Source: Vicugna vicugna (lineage: Eukaryota). From it: DNA of 64,000 nucleotides. The DNA is taken from assembly GCA_013265495.1 (NCBI GenBank), contig MU057632.1, positions 666,054 to 730,053 on the forward strand, in the 5' to 3' direction. The position numbers were made by a program, and so were the translations under genes. Shown piece after piece: positions 37,966 to 50,130 of the stretch. Each line of letters opens with the position of its first letter. Position 1 is the first letter of the stretch. The notes beneath the pieces were generated by a model, which saw only the letters and a program-made list of their open reading frames with translations, searched no databases and was not told the DNA's origin.

Positions 37966-39209
37966 AAAGAAAATTCAAAACTGTTATCATGGTCTCAAAA
38001 TGCCATAGATCTGGCCCCAGGCTACCTCTCAGAGCTCCCCTCCCTCCACCCCACAGGGACACTGCCCTCCAGGCACACAGCCTGCCTTGCGTTTGCTTGC
38101 ACCCTCCGAGGATGTTGCTGCTGGCCCCTTTCCTCACCATCTGCCCTTCTGATTTTCTTGTTCCTCCAGGGCTGTGCTCCAACATTGCCTCTTCAGAGAG
38201 GCTCGCTCTGATGCTCATCGCTCTTTATCCCTTCCCCATGCTGTAGTGTCTTCATAGCGCCACTCTATCTGCCAGTAAAGCTTTCTTTGATTGTTTGTGT
38301 GTTGCTGTTTCCTCAATTGGAATTTCCTCTCTACCAGGAGGGTGATGCTGGGAGTATCCCTCCCCATCATCCCTCGTGTCTAGAACAGGACTGTGAACTC
38401 ATTAACAGGACCACATCACTGGTACTAACACGCGTTCTCCTTATTCCATTTAACACAATTATAATACAATACAAACGTGTACATTTACTCTTTAGGAGAT
38501 TGTACTGTTTCACTGAATGGTTATGTGGTATCATAACTAAACCTTTTCTTTACTGATGAGCATTTGTGATGTTTCCAATTGTTATGGGAGCATTTCTATA
38601 GAATACATTTTTAGAGGTTGAAATGCTAGTAAACTGATTTAATCTTATTTGCTGTTTCTAAACTGCCCTTTAGAAACATTGTAGCCATTTGCCCTGCTAC
38701 CAACATTCGAGGGGATGTGACTGTTTTCCCACCTTTGGCTCTGGATTCTCTGCCTTTCCCCTTTCTGGTCTCTGTCTTGCCCACTTGACTTACTGTAGAC
38801 TGTGTACACTTACTCAAGGTGGGGATTTCATCTACAGCCACTCCGAGTGCTGTTTAATTTAGTTTGGGTGTTTATGTATGTACATCCTGTGCCTCCTTCT
38901 AAGGTGCCATTCCTTTACGAGGTCACCATGTCTGCAGCACTGTACTCTTGCATGCACACTGGCTACACACGCCTGAGGGGCAGGGGCAAGCCCCGAGGGT
39001 GTATCATCCAAGTGGCCCAAGGGGAACTGTGACAAATGTTTACCCAAGGCAGCCTGAAGGCAGAACACCACATTCTACTGAAAATCATGAGGTTCACAGT
39101 GAGAAAAATCAGGGCAAAGTTTAAACAGTGAGAGCTATTTTAAACAGTGAGAGATGCTGTAAATTGAAGGGGAAACCATTTAGAGGATCTGTAGTAAGGG
39201 GGATCAGGT

Positions 39210-39500
39210 TAGAGTATTTGTTCATTCAGTTTTTCATTTATCCATCCATCCATCCATCTAACAGATATTTACTGAGCACCAACCAGGTGCCCCTCACTGT
39301 TCTGGTGCTGGGAATACACAGATGAAGATCAATTTCCTGCCGCCATGATGCTTACCCATGTGTGTGTATAAGAAAGGCAATGAACAAACATATATGTACA
39401 TAATATGCGAGGTAATAAGTCTTGTGGAGAAAAACAGGCAGGATGAGGGGAGTGGAGAGTGACAGAGCAGAGCAGCAATGGTTTTATTAAAAAGAGATCA
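39210..39500. mobile_element. Degenerate L2 fragment
   Basis: 'catccatctaacagatatttactgagcacc...tgttctggtgctgggaataca'. Confidence 0.55.
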
Positions 39501-39924
39501 GGGTCGATACGGAGGAGGTGAGGGAACAGGCAGGTGGCACCCATGCTGGGTGGATCCCGGTGACTGTGCGGGGGCGGCTGTAAGTGGCGTGGTTGGAGGA
39601 GTAGCTGTCGGTCAGTAGCATATGGTCCTCCAGATTTTCTTCTGCAGTCTTTCCAGGGCTGATGTCGACTCTGGCCAGGATGCTGTGTGTGCACCTGGCA
39701 GTCAGATGCCGGATGGGGAGAGGGGCTGTCGGAACCTGACTTCTCTTGCATCTCCTAACCCCAGCTCCACATGGTTGTCACACATGACATATTGGTTCAA
39801 TGAATGAAAACATTTAAAAGCCAAGAGTCTTTATTAATTTGTACTTTTTAACTGGGATATCAAATTTTCTTAAAGAAGGGTCTATCTACAGGGTGTTCCG
39901 AAATCGTTAGAGGAGTTGTTTAGC

Positions 39925-40395
39925 TCTTTTTATTTTTTATTTTTTAAATTTATTGAATTTTAGTTATTTATGATGTTGTGTTAATTTCTGGTATACAGCA
40001 TAGTGACTCAGTTATATTTTATATATATGTATGTCCATTTTCATATTCTTTTTCATTATAAGTTACTACAAGATATTGAATAAGGTTCTCCGTTTGATAC
40101 AGTAGAAATGTATTGTTTATCTATTTTATATATAGTAGTTAGTATCTGCGAATCTCGAACACCCAATTTATCCCTTCCCACCCCTTTTCCCACTGGTAAC
40201 CACAACTTTGCTTCTGTTTTGTAAATAAGTACATTAGTCTCTTTTTTTTAGATTTCACATATAAATGGTATTATATGGTATTTTTCTTTCTCTTTCTGGC
40301 TTACTTCATTTAGTATGATAATCTCCAGGTCCATTCATGTTGCTGTAAATGACATTATTTCATTATTTTTTATGGCTGAGTAGTATTCCACTGTG
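39925..40395 (-). mobile_element. L1 3' fragment
   Basis: Reverse of the shared L1 3' end. Confidence 0.88.
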
Positions 40396-40993
40396 TGTGT
40401 ATCCACACACAGAGTGGATGTCTATATATCTATATCTATATATTGATATATATATATCTATAGGTTATTGAACTTTCTTTTATAGTTATTTAGTTTAGTT
40501 TTCTGAATTTGAATAATCCTTTTTTTTAATTTTAAAGTTTGTGTTTTAGTCCTTCTGAAGGTGGGAAGCATGGACAGATTCCTCGGTCTTATCTTATTCA
40601 ATGTTAGTAAATATTCAATGCAAAGAACACTGATGCACTCAACAATTTGATAAAGGCCCAGGTAACAGCTGGATAAACAATTCCAGCTGTGGATTTGTCT
40701 TACTTATATTCATAGGGGCTTTAATATTACCTGGAATGCAAGGGTTGGAGGGAACACTGTTTGATAGATGTGGACACTGTACATCTGGAGAAGCATCGTT
40801 CATGCAACAAATACTTGTTCAACACTTGCACTAGTCCTTGCCTTTTCTAGATGCTGGTGATACATCAATAAACGCAACAGACAAGAATCTCTGCCTGAGT
40901 GGAGCTTACATTCTAGTGAATATACAGTGACTGCTCAGTGTTGCCCTCTTGAGTGGCAGAAGCTGGGCTGCTGGATTAGAAACCTGATTTTCT

Positions 40994-41139
40994 TTTTCTT
41001 TTTCTAGAGGGGAGTGATATTTCGGTTTATTTATTTATTATTTTTATTATTATTATTTTTAATGGAAGTACTGGGGATTGATCCCAGGACCTTGTGCATG
41101 CTAAGCATGAACTCTATCACTGAGTTATACCCTCCCCCC
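40994..41139 (-). mobile_element. tRNA-derived SINE (Vic-1-like) with 16-bp TSD
   Basis: Perfect TSD agaaacctgattttct at 40978-40993 and 41140-41155. Confidence 0.9.
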
Positions 41140-41809
41140 AGAAACCTGATTTTCTGAACCTCAGTTCTGTGATCATTCCATTATTCCACAGTTTAGGAAA
41201 ACACAGAATCTGATCTCATTCATTTTACACATAGAACAAGAGTTTAGCTACATAGATACCATCATGTATACATTTATGGATGGCGTTACAACTGCACTTG
41301 AAAACTTCAAAAGCCACATTCATTCTAACACAAGAACAAGTGTGTATAATTATTTCTCCATGCTGTAATTACAGCATAAATTGGTTACATACATGTAATT
41401 TTTAATATCAGTATAATGTATTAAACCATTAAATTTCAGAAAACACTGTTACATTGGTAAAGGACACCACTGTTACTTAACAGTCATTTGCATCCACTGA
41501 AGAGTCATTAATCTGATCAAGACGAAGTCAACTGTCAAATTATATCATGAAACATTTGACCTGAAACTGCTGTTCCAAGTATTATACAAAGAACAAAAGG
41601 ATTAGAAAACTAGTATATTTTAAGAGTCTACATTCACAAACACATGAAAATTAGTATGGTCCATAATATTTGAAGACAATATCCCCCTGCTTTGGAAGAA
41701 CAAACTCTCTCTTAAAGAATTTTCCAACGTGTACCATATTTACACATGAACTCTTTCTCTCTTTCCATATTTAGAGATGTTGGGTTGAGAAACACCCGAC
41801 TGACTTATT

Positions 41810-43420
41810 AATTCATTCTGTGAATACTTATTAAGCACCAAGTACCTATAATCTGATAGACATAGTTCTAGGTGTCGGGGCTACAACAGTCACAAGACAA
41901 GACGGCACATACAATAAACGACTAGAGCAAGGAAGTTAACATGATAATTTTAGACATTGATCATCATCTTAAAAAAAAGAAAGAAGAGACGGTCTCACTA
42001 GAGTGAGTTACTTTCCATCAGCTGGGCAGGGAAGGCCACTTCTGAGAAGGTAAAGAGGAGGCCACCACAAGAAGGTCTGAAGGAAGGATGCTCCAGGCAG
42101 AAGGAGCAAGTGTCAGACCCTGGGGAGTGACTGACATCACCTGGCTTGTCTGAGAAGCTAGGAAGACCGGGGGGAGCAGCCCCGCTGGGCAGCAACTGAT
42201 TCTATCCTGAGTGTGATGGGAGAGCCAAGGGGAGAGTCATGAGCTGATTTCCATTCTCCGGGGGTCACCCTAGCTACTGGGTGGAGAAGGAATTTTAAGA
42301 ACCAGAGTAGAAGAGGCAGAAGACCTGGAAAGCGACTTTCCTCCCTAAGGAGAGAGAGATGGTAGCCAAGGTTAGGGGAGCAGCAGTGGAAATAAGGGAG
42401 GGGGGCTTTGATTATATTTCAAAGTGGAGCTGGCAGTCCTTGCTCTGTCAGATGTGTAAGTGGTTCAGACAAAAAGAAGAAATCAGGGGGAGGGTAGAGC
42501 TCAGGGGAGAGCACGTGCTTAGCATGCATGAGGTCCTGGGTTCATTTTCTGTTAAAAAATTAAAATAAATAAACCTAATTCCTTCCCCCCAAAACAAACA
42601 AACAAAAAGAAGAAATCAGTAACTTTTAGGTTTTTAGTTAGCATAACTGGCTGAATGATCACATCACTTGCTGGAAAGGGAGAGGGACTCATTGTGGGTG
42701 GTAGAAATTACGAGCTCTCTTGTGGACGTCTGAGGGGCTCCCTAAATAGCCATGTGCACAGTCAAGTAGGAAGAATGTGTTTGAGTCAGGACATGAGGGA
42801 CAGGTCAGGGCCCCAAACCAATGGGAAGGTAGACAGACAGACAGACTGACAGATAGAAAGACAGACAAGATATATCGGCAGGTAGATGGAATAAAAATCT
42901 ATGGTACCAAGTGTAACAGGGAGGGAGTACAGAGATAAAAGGAGGAGGCAGAATGGAGCCAAAAACAACTCTATACTTAGAGGTCCAGGAAAAAATCAAG
43001 ACTGTTGAGGCGTCTACGGCTTAGAAGGGAAGGCCATTTAAGGTACGGAAAAAAATAGGTAAGTGTCATCGCGCAGAAATCAGAAGAATAACGCGTTTCA
43101 AGAAGTAAGAGAATTAAGTGTTGATCACTACTCAGAATTTTAGTAAGAAACAGGCACACAGAGGTGACATCACTTGGCTCCACTGGGATCACTGATTTCG
43201 AGGGGAGTAGATCTGGTGAAGGAGTGGGCGGGAGCCTGAGGGGAAGGACCAATCAGAAGAGAGCACGAGAGACGAGGCAGTGGAGCAGCCTAGGACCATC
43301 AGGAGAAGGTCTGCAGCGATGGAGACTGAGAATTTGGAGAGTCACAGCGGAAGAAGGGATGTGGTCTGTTTTTTAAGATGGTTGATATTACAACCTGTTT
43401 CTATGCATGTGGGAATCAAT
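41810..43420. mobile_element. Degenerate L2 fragments
   Basis: 'attcattc...atacttattaagcac' L2 end followed by long purine-rich L2-like sequence. Confidence 0.5.
42487..42601 (+). mobile_element. tRNA-derived SINE (Vic-1-like) with 18-bp TSD
   Basis: Perfect TSD acaaaaagaagaaatcag at 42469-42486 and 42602-42619; inserted in an older L2. Confidence 0.9.
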
Positions 43421-44198
43421 GCAAAGGGTGAAACGCAACAGTTTTAGTCTAATATTATTGGCTGGAGAGGTGGATAAAGATACCTAATGTCTGACAAATC
43501 ATCTTTCCATCAAAGCTGTCTCTAATGCCAAATGAAGAGTCAATTCCATCCACTAACTGGAAAAATCAGTAAAAGAATATCACCTAATTGATTAAACAGT
43601 TTGGGTCCGAAAGATAAACGTAATAATGTCATATTAACTCACAAGGAGAAACTACGGGGCAAGTGCAACCTCCTGGTTACCCTGAAAGTAACAACTGACA
43701 TCAGTGACAAAAATTATTTTTTTTATATGCACAGCAACCAGATTCAGTTCTTTTTAAACAGAAAAGTTGCGGTGGTTTATTTGATTTGTTTTGTTGATTC
43801 ATTCCTTTGTTTGCTTGTTCGCTGAACTACTTCCTGAGTGCTTTGGGCCAGTTCTGTACATAAAATGGAAAGGAAAGAAGCCCTGACTCCAACTGGCTTG
43901 TGGTCCAGGAGGAGAGATTGAAAAGCACAGAGTTTCATTGTGATTCAGTGCAAATGGAGCACTAAGGATTTCTTCTATACACACTGAGCTCAGGTATTTA
44001 TCTTATGTAAATTCAACAGCACGTGTGAGGAGGAGAGAGAACAACAGTGAGGGGAGCCTGCTGTTTGCTCTACTACCAAAGCAGCAGGCAACCTGGTGGG
44101 ATCAGGTGTGAGAGACACTCATCTCCTCTTCCTTTTCTTTGTTTCTGTTCCTGAAGATAATTCCAGCGTTTACGGTGATCTTTAAAATCAGCTGCCTA

Positions 44199-44763
44199 TA
44201 TATCCGGATGGAACTCTAAGGCAAATAGACACCTGCTATGAAATAGTGTTCATAGCAGCACTATATACAATAGCCAAGACATGGAAACAACCCAAATGCC
44301 CATCGACAGATGACTGGGTAAAGAAGCTGTGGTATATTTATACAATGGAATACTATTCAGCCATAAAAAATAATAAAATAATGTCATTTGCCCCAACATG
44401 GATGGATCTGGAGAAAATATCATATTATATCACTTATATGTGGAATCTAAAAAAAAGGACAAATGGACTTATTTACAAAACAGACTCACAGACATAGAAA
44501 ACAAACTTATGGTTACCAGGGGGAAAAGGGTGGGAAGAGATAAATTATGAGTTCAAGATTTGTAGATACTAATAATTATGCATAAAATAGATAAACAACA
44601 AGTTTCTGCCGTATATTACAAGGAACAATATTCAATATCTTGTTCAATACCTATAATGAAAAAGAACATGAAAAGGAATATATGTGTGTACATGGATGAC
44701 TGAAACATGATGCTGTACACCAAAAATCAACACAACATTGTCAATTGGCTATACTTCAACAAA
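44199..44763 (+). mobile_element. L1 3' fragment with TSD
   Basis: ORF2 tail MFIAALYTIAKTWKQPKCPSTDDW; near-TSD aaaatcagctgccta (44184-44198) / aaaataaactgccta (44764-44778). Confidence 0.9.
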
Positions 44764-46710
44764 AAAATAAACTGCCTAAAAACTACTTTCACTCGTGTGC
44801 AAACAAAGCAGCAGCAATACAGTCAAGCTGACAGCACTGGACTCATGGAAGAGACCACAGGTTGGTATCCAAGGGGTTTTCAAAGGTGACTAACTACGCA
44901 GATGAGGAGGCAGGGACTTGTATTTTAGGCCCAGAGAACAGTACATGTAAAGGTCCTAGCGTGATGAAAAGCATGGCCCCTTGAGAGAGATAGGTTTGTT
45001 TCCAGGGTGACCCGAGTTCTGTGAATGAACGGGGAGTGCAGATGCGGGAGGTGGAGCTGGGGAAGGGGCAAGGGAGGCTCACACCGGGCCTCTGACCTGA
45101 TGTTCTGAGGGTGCACAATTGGGTACCACATGGGTGGCCTTCTTTATAGACCTCAAGGTCTTGGTCTTCCCAATGCCCCTGTTATCCATGCGCAGCTGTG
45201 TGTAGTGGGCGTGATGCACAAAAGGACACAGCCCCACTGTCACTTATCTCCAGCCATCATTCCGTACAAGGAAGTCCCCAGCAGCGCTCCTCCGCTGATG
45301 TCAGGTGCTGCCAGCGTTGCGGTTCCCACACAGTCGGAAACTTTTATTAGGCCGTCTGTTCTAACAGTGCCACAGTGGGGTTGTTTGGTAATTTTTAAAC
45401 AAACAAACACAAATGTTCCTTTTGTGCTGGGCCAAGGTTTCTGAATATATTTTTATCCCGAGCCAGATAAGTCCAACTTGTAAAAGTTTCATAGGTCTGG
45501 AGAATATTTTTAGAAAATCACATGAGGGTTCTTTGACTTCTATGGTTTCCCTCATTTTTATTCTCCAGTTTAATCCCATCAGCCACAAAATCCATAATTT
45601 CCTCCTCCCGCCTACCAAAGAGGTTTCTAACGAAAGATCCACAGGGGTTGAGGAGCTAAAAATAGCATCATTCAGAATCCCTTTGTGAGACGGACGGAAT
45701 AGATTCCCTGGATGGTGTTTTCAGAACCTTCCAGTCTTCCCCAGAGGTGTGGTTATCCTCTTATTCCACTCGCATAACACATAAGAGGTCACATGCTTTC
45801 CTTTGCTGCATCCACTTTGAGTTTTCCACAGAGAACTTAGAAAAGGGACTCGTCTATGGTGAACACTGACCTTTAGTTTTCAGCCCGTCTGTGGCTAAGA
45901 GTGGTTCTTTGGTGAGAAACCCGGTATTGTTCTGAGCGACCATGATGCCTCCCAGATCAGCTGGGTCCACTCAACCATATGCGAGCTTTCCAGCCAAACG
46001 TTTGCTACTGTGATATCAATCTTTCCTCGTGCCCAGTTGGTGAAAATGTAAGAGAGGGCAAGTTCAAGACGGGCTTTTAAATAATCTGCATATGAAACTT
46101 AGTAAGGTTGCCCCCAAAATATTTCAGTAAAGAAGTCACTGAAACACACCCCTGCACTCTATCCTATTTTGGCCAAGGCCAGTAGGAAGATGAACACTTA
46201 ATTGCTGGACTTCTCATTGGTGCCAACTGCTGGATTTCATAGCCTCAATGTTTTCAAAGTTTGTCCACATGACGGCTGAATTCTGTCTCCCTTGCTCCCA
46301 CCTCCCAGTTCCTAGGTTGAAGTCCTAACCCCAGCCCCTTAGAATATGATGTATTTGGAGACATGGATAAACAGAGTTCCAACAATTCAAGGTTCAGAAA
46401 ATCAGATCGCAGATTGATTTAACCAGAAGCAGTAAACAGATCAAACTTACATCAAGTGTGTTTCTTAATTTTTTTTTTTTACTATTCTTTGTTCTAAATT
46501 AATACGCTAATTGAAGCTGGATTTCACTTACTGAGTATAAACCTAGGATCTCCTTCCACCTTGCCATCCTGACTCTGAAAAGAAAACAACACTTCAGGCT
46601 GAAACCTACAAAGAAGCAAATGGTTTATTGTATAGTTCATTTTTTCTCTTTTTTTAAAAAAATTGTTTAAACTCTAGGTATTACTATTTAGGGAATCTTT
46701 CCTGTTTCAA

Positions 46711-46870
46711 TTCCTTCCTTCCTTCCTTCCTTCCTTCCTTCCTTCCTTCCTTCGTTCCTTCCTTCCTTCCTTCGTTCCTTCCTTCCTTCCTTCCTTTCTC
46801 TCTCTCTCTCTCCCTCTCTCTCTCTCCTCCCCCTTCCTTTCTTTTCTCTTTCCTTCCTTCCTTCCTGCCC
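46711..46870. repeat. Compound (TTCC)n-(TC)n microsatellite
   Basis: Seen directly. Confidence 0.95.
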
Positions 46871-46979
46871 TCCCTTTTTTTTCAAAAGGCAGCCTAATGC
46901 TCTGAGTCTTGGCTGGGTAGGAGGTGGTTTGAGGGGTGAGTCTGGGATCAGAACGTCTGGATGGAGGTACCAGCCCTAT

Positions 46980-47130
46980 CATGTATTAGCTCTGTACCTG
47001 CGGGTGGCTTTCATAGCCTCTCTGTGCCTCACTCTCCTCATCTATGAAATGGGGGTGCTTCTCTTGAGGAATAAGTGAGACGAGCCATGGAAAGCTCTTA
47101 GGACAGTGTCTAGAAAGATTTAAGTTAACT
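46980..47130 (+). mobile_element. MIR-like fragment
   Basis: MIR core-like 'cctctctgtgcctcactctcctcatctatgaaatgggg'. Confidence 0.55.
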
Positions 47131-48492
47131 ATCATGACACTGTTAAGACCTTATTACATAGGACCTCATTACATAGCTTGTGTGTGGTTGAGTGGACCTC
47201 ATACATTGTCTCCAAGCTGAATGACACGAATTCCCTTGCTCACCTCAAAGCACATCTTTCTATATCTTTCCCAGATTTAACTCAAAATGCTATTCGGAAT
47301 GAAGCATGGTTAAACTGCAACCATGTCCCAGAGACTACTCATGCCCCAGTAACCATCTTTGCTCTTTTCTCCAGTGAAAGAACTTCCCTCGTCCCCCCAG
47401 CTAAGAGCCAGCCACATTTTCCTTCCCCTCTCCCCACTGATGGCTTGAAGACACGATGGTAGGAGCTGCAGCAGCTACTCTGGGGCTCACGACAGCAGCA
47501 CACACAGAAACTGGCAGAGCCTAGCCTCCTGATATGGTGGAGCCACTCTGCCTGCCCAGACTGGACTGTCTGCCTGGCCTATTGTATGAGGGCCTTGATT
47601 CAGATATAGATTCACCATAGTTGTAATTATATGTTCCTAATTATTGTGTGCCATTGAGTGCACTACACTGGCTGTTAATGAGCTGAAAAGAGAGTTTGAA
47701 ATCACAAAGGAAATGAGTAAAGTGGTTTTCTATATTTTATAAAACCAAGTAGGTTCTCTGTGCTTCTCACCAGATTCCTTCAAACAAATTGGATGAATTT
47801 TCATCAAGATAAGGATAGTCTCATTTGAAATATGAGCCATGTGGCATGAATGAAATTCTTTTCTGGAATTTAGGAGACCTAGCAGGGCCACTTAATGAGA
47901 CAGGCAGGAATTCTTGAGAGAACCTGAGTCAGGGGTGCAACTGATGTAGGAGACACTTCTCATGTGTAACCTGTCACCACAGACAGTGAGGGCCCCACAC
48001 TGAGACTCAAGGTCACAGCATCAGGTACTGTAAATAGTGGGTGATTGGGGAAATTGGATAGTTTCTTACTGTGGGGACTCAACGTAGCTTGAACCCACCA
48101 TGGAGTGGGAATTAATTCAGGCTTATGATTTTTCTAATTCACTGTGGAGAGGGAGACAGTGTGTGTGACTGTGCAAGTCTCGAAGGAGGGAGGGAGGTAT
48201 AAACTTAGAACAACTTACAAGAAACAATTGCAGAAAGGTCGAAATAAATACTGTCCATAGAAATGCTTCAGGGACAGAATAAAACGGGTCTGACTAGCTC
48301 TTAATGTCTAAGTTCATGCAAGAGGAATTTGTGGTTCCCTCCCACTTTTTTAGTTACATTCATCTGTCACATCCACATTAGCCATGAGTTCCTCACAGAC
48401 TGGATGGAGATAAAGTCTTTGTATGTAAAACAAAAGTGGACAAATCTCAAACTAGAAAATGAGTTAATTAATTCAGTTAATAAGAACACATA

Positions 48493-49400
48493 AAATAGGC
48501 ACATGAAAAGATGCTCCATATCACTAATTATTAGAGAAATACAAATCAAAACTATCATGAGGTATCACCTCACACCAGTCAGAATGGCCAACATTCAAAA
48601 GTCCACAAATGGTAAATGCTGGAGAGGGTGTGAAGAAAAGAGAACCCTCCTACACTGTTGGTGGGAATATAGTTTGGTGTAACCACTGTGGAAAACAGTA
48701 TAAAGATTCCTTAAAAAAACTAAAAATAGTTACCATATAATCTATCAATCTGACTCCTGGGCATATATCCAGAGAAAACTCTAAAAAAAAATACATGCAC
48801 TCCAATGTTCACAGCAGCACTATTTACAATAGTCAAGATGTGGAAACACCCTAAATGTCCATTGACAAATGACTGGATAAAGAAGTTGTGGTATACTTAT
48901 AATTTATACAATGGAATACTACTCAGCCATAAAAAAAGAATAAAATAATACCATTTGCAGCAACATGGATGGACCTGGATATTGTTATTCTAAATTAAGT
49001 AAGCCAGAAAGAGAAAGAAAAATATCATATTGTATCACTCATCTCTGGATTATTAAAAAAAAAGACACAAAATGAGCTCATTTACAAAATAGAAACAGAC
49101 TCACAGACATAGAAAATAAACTTACGTTTACAGGGGAGCGGGGAAGGGGGTAAGAAGGGGTAAATTGAGAGTCTGAGATTTGCAGATACTAACTCATATA
49201 TATATAAAGTATATATACATATATATAAAGTAGATAAACAAGGACCTACTGTATTGCACAGGGGACTATATTTAATATCTTGTAGTAACCTATAAAGAAT
49301 GTGAAAAGGAATATATGTATATGTATGACTGAAACATTATGCTGTACATCAAAAATTGATGCAAAATTGTAAATGCCTATACCTCAATTAAAAAAAATAT
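48493..49400 (+). mobile_element. L1 3' fragment (longest single fragment in the window, ~0.9 kb)
   Basis: Degenerate ORF2 C-terminal region ('atgaggtatcacctcacaccagtcagaatggcc') plus 3' UTR. Confidence 0.92.
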
Positions 49401-49709
49401 TATATTCTGGGCACTAAGAAAAGATCATTTCAGTGTGACCCTCACATCCTCTGCTGGTGCTTTCAAGGACCCTGCTGGTCCCTCATATAGCATGACCCCT
49501 TCACAGAGTGTGGAGCCTTTTCCTTTCCATGGATCAAGGGAGGATCAAGAGGATGTGCTCCCCTACCCCCACTGCTCGTGCTCACCCAGAGCTCATGTGC
49601 TCCCTTCTGCACTCATTCTTGGGATCCTAGACTTTCCCACCCAAATGGCCCCAAGTCCACATACAGGGACAGCCCAAGTGTCTTTCTGGATTCTAGCCTC
49701 CTAACGATG

Positions 49710-49737
49710 AGCAGCACCGCTAAGGATGGACAGCACC
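49710..49737 (+). promoter_or_regulatory. Candidate non-canonical RE1/NRSE (REST site) with 9-nt spacer
   Basis: agCAGCACC-gctaaggat-GGACAGCACC: both RE1 half-sites in the correct order and orientation. Confidence 0.45.
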
Positions 49738-49999
49738 ACCGATCTGCATAGCCCACAGTCAAAGTGGGTTGCAGCCAGTGCTTGAACATGTGTGCAGGGC
49801 CTCTCAAGGTGCAGGGCAGAGCCAACATCTGGGGACAGGATAGGAGCAGGTGGATGGCAGATCTCGGCAGGAGATGGGGGTAGGCCAAGTTCAAGCACAG
49901 AACTCTGAGCAGTCAGACTTCTGAATTGAAACTTGAATTCCTCCTCAGTTTCCACAAGGATATTTTTGTCAAGGTTGAAAACTCAAAGGCCTTTCACTG

Positions 50000-50130
50000 G
50001 GGGAGGGTATAGCTCAGTGGTAGAGCGTGTGCTCAGCATGCACGAGGTCCTGGGTTCAATCCCCAGTGCCTCCATTAAATAAATAAATGAATAAACCTAA
50101 TTACCCTCTTCTACCACCAAAAAAAAAAAA
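50000..50130 (+). mobile_element. tRNA-derived SINE (Vic-1-like)
   Basis: A box (tagctcagtgg), B box (gggttcaatccc), AT-rich 'aataaacctaattacc' tail and poly(A). Confidence 0.9.

Noticed and set aside
46688..46982. Lys/Glu/Arg/Gly-rich ORFs
   Set aside because: Translation of the (TTCC)n/(TC)n microsatellite.
50000..50075. tRNA gene (tRNA-Ala-like), also at 56884
   Set aside because: Followed by an AT-rich SINE tail and poly(A), present in six diverged copies, two with perfect TSDs. This is a SINE, not a tRNA gene.
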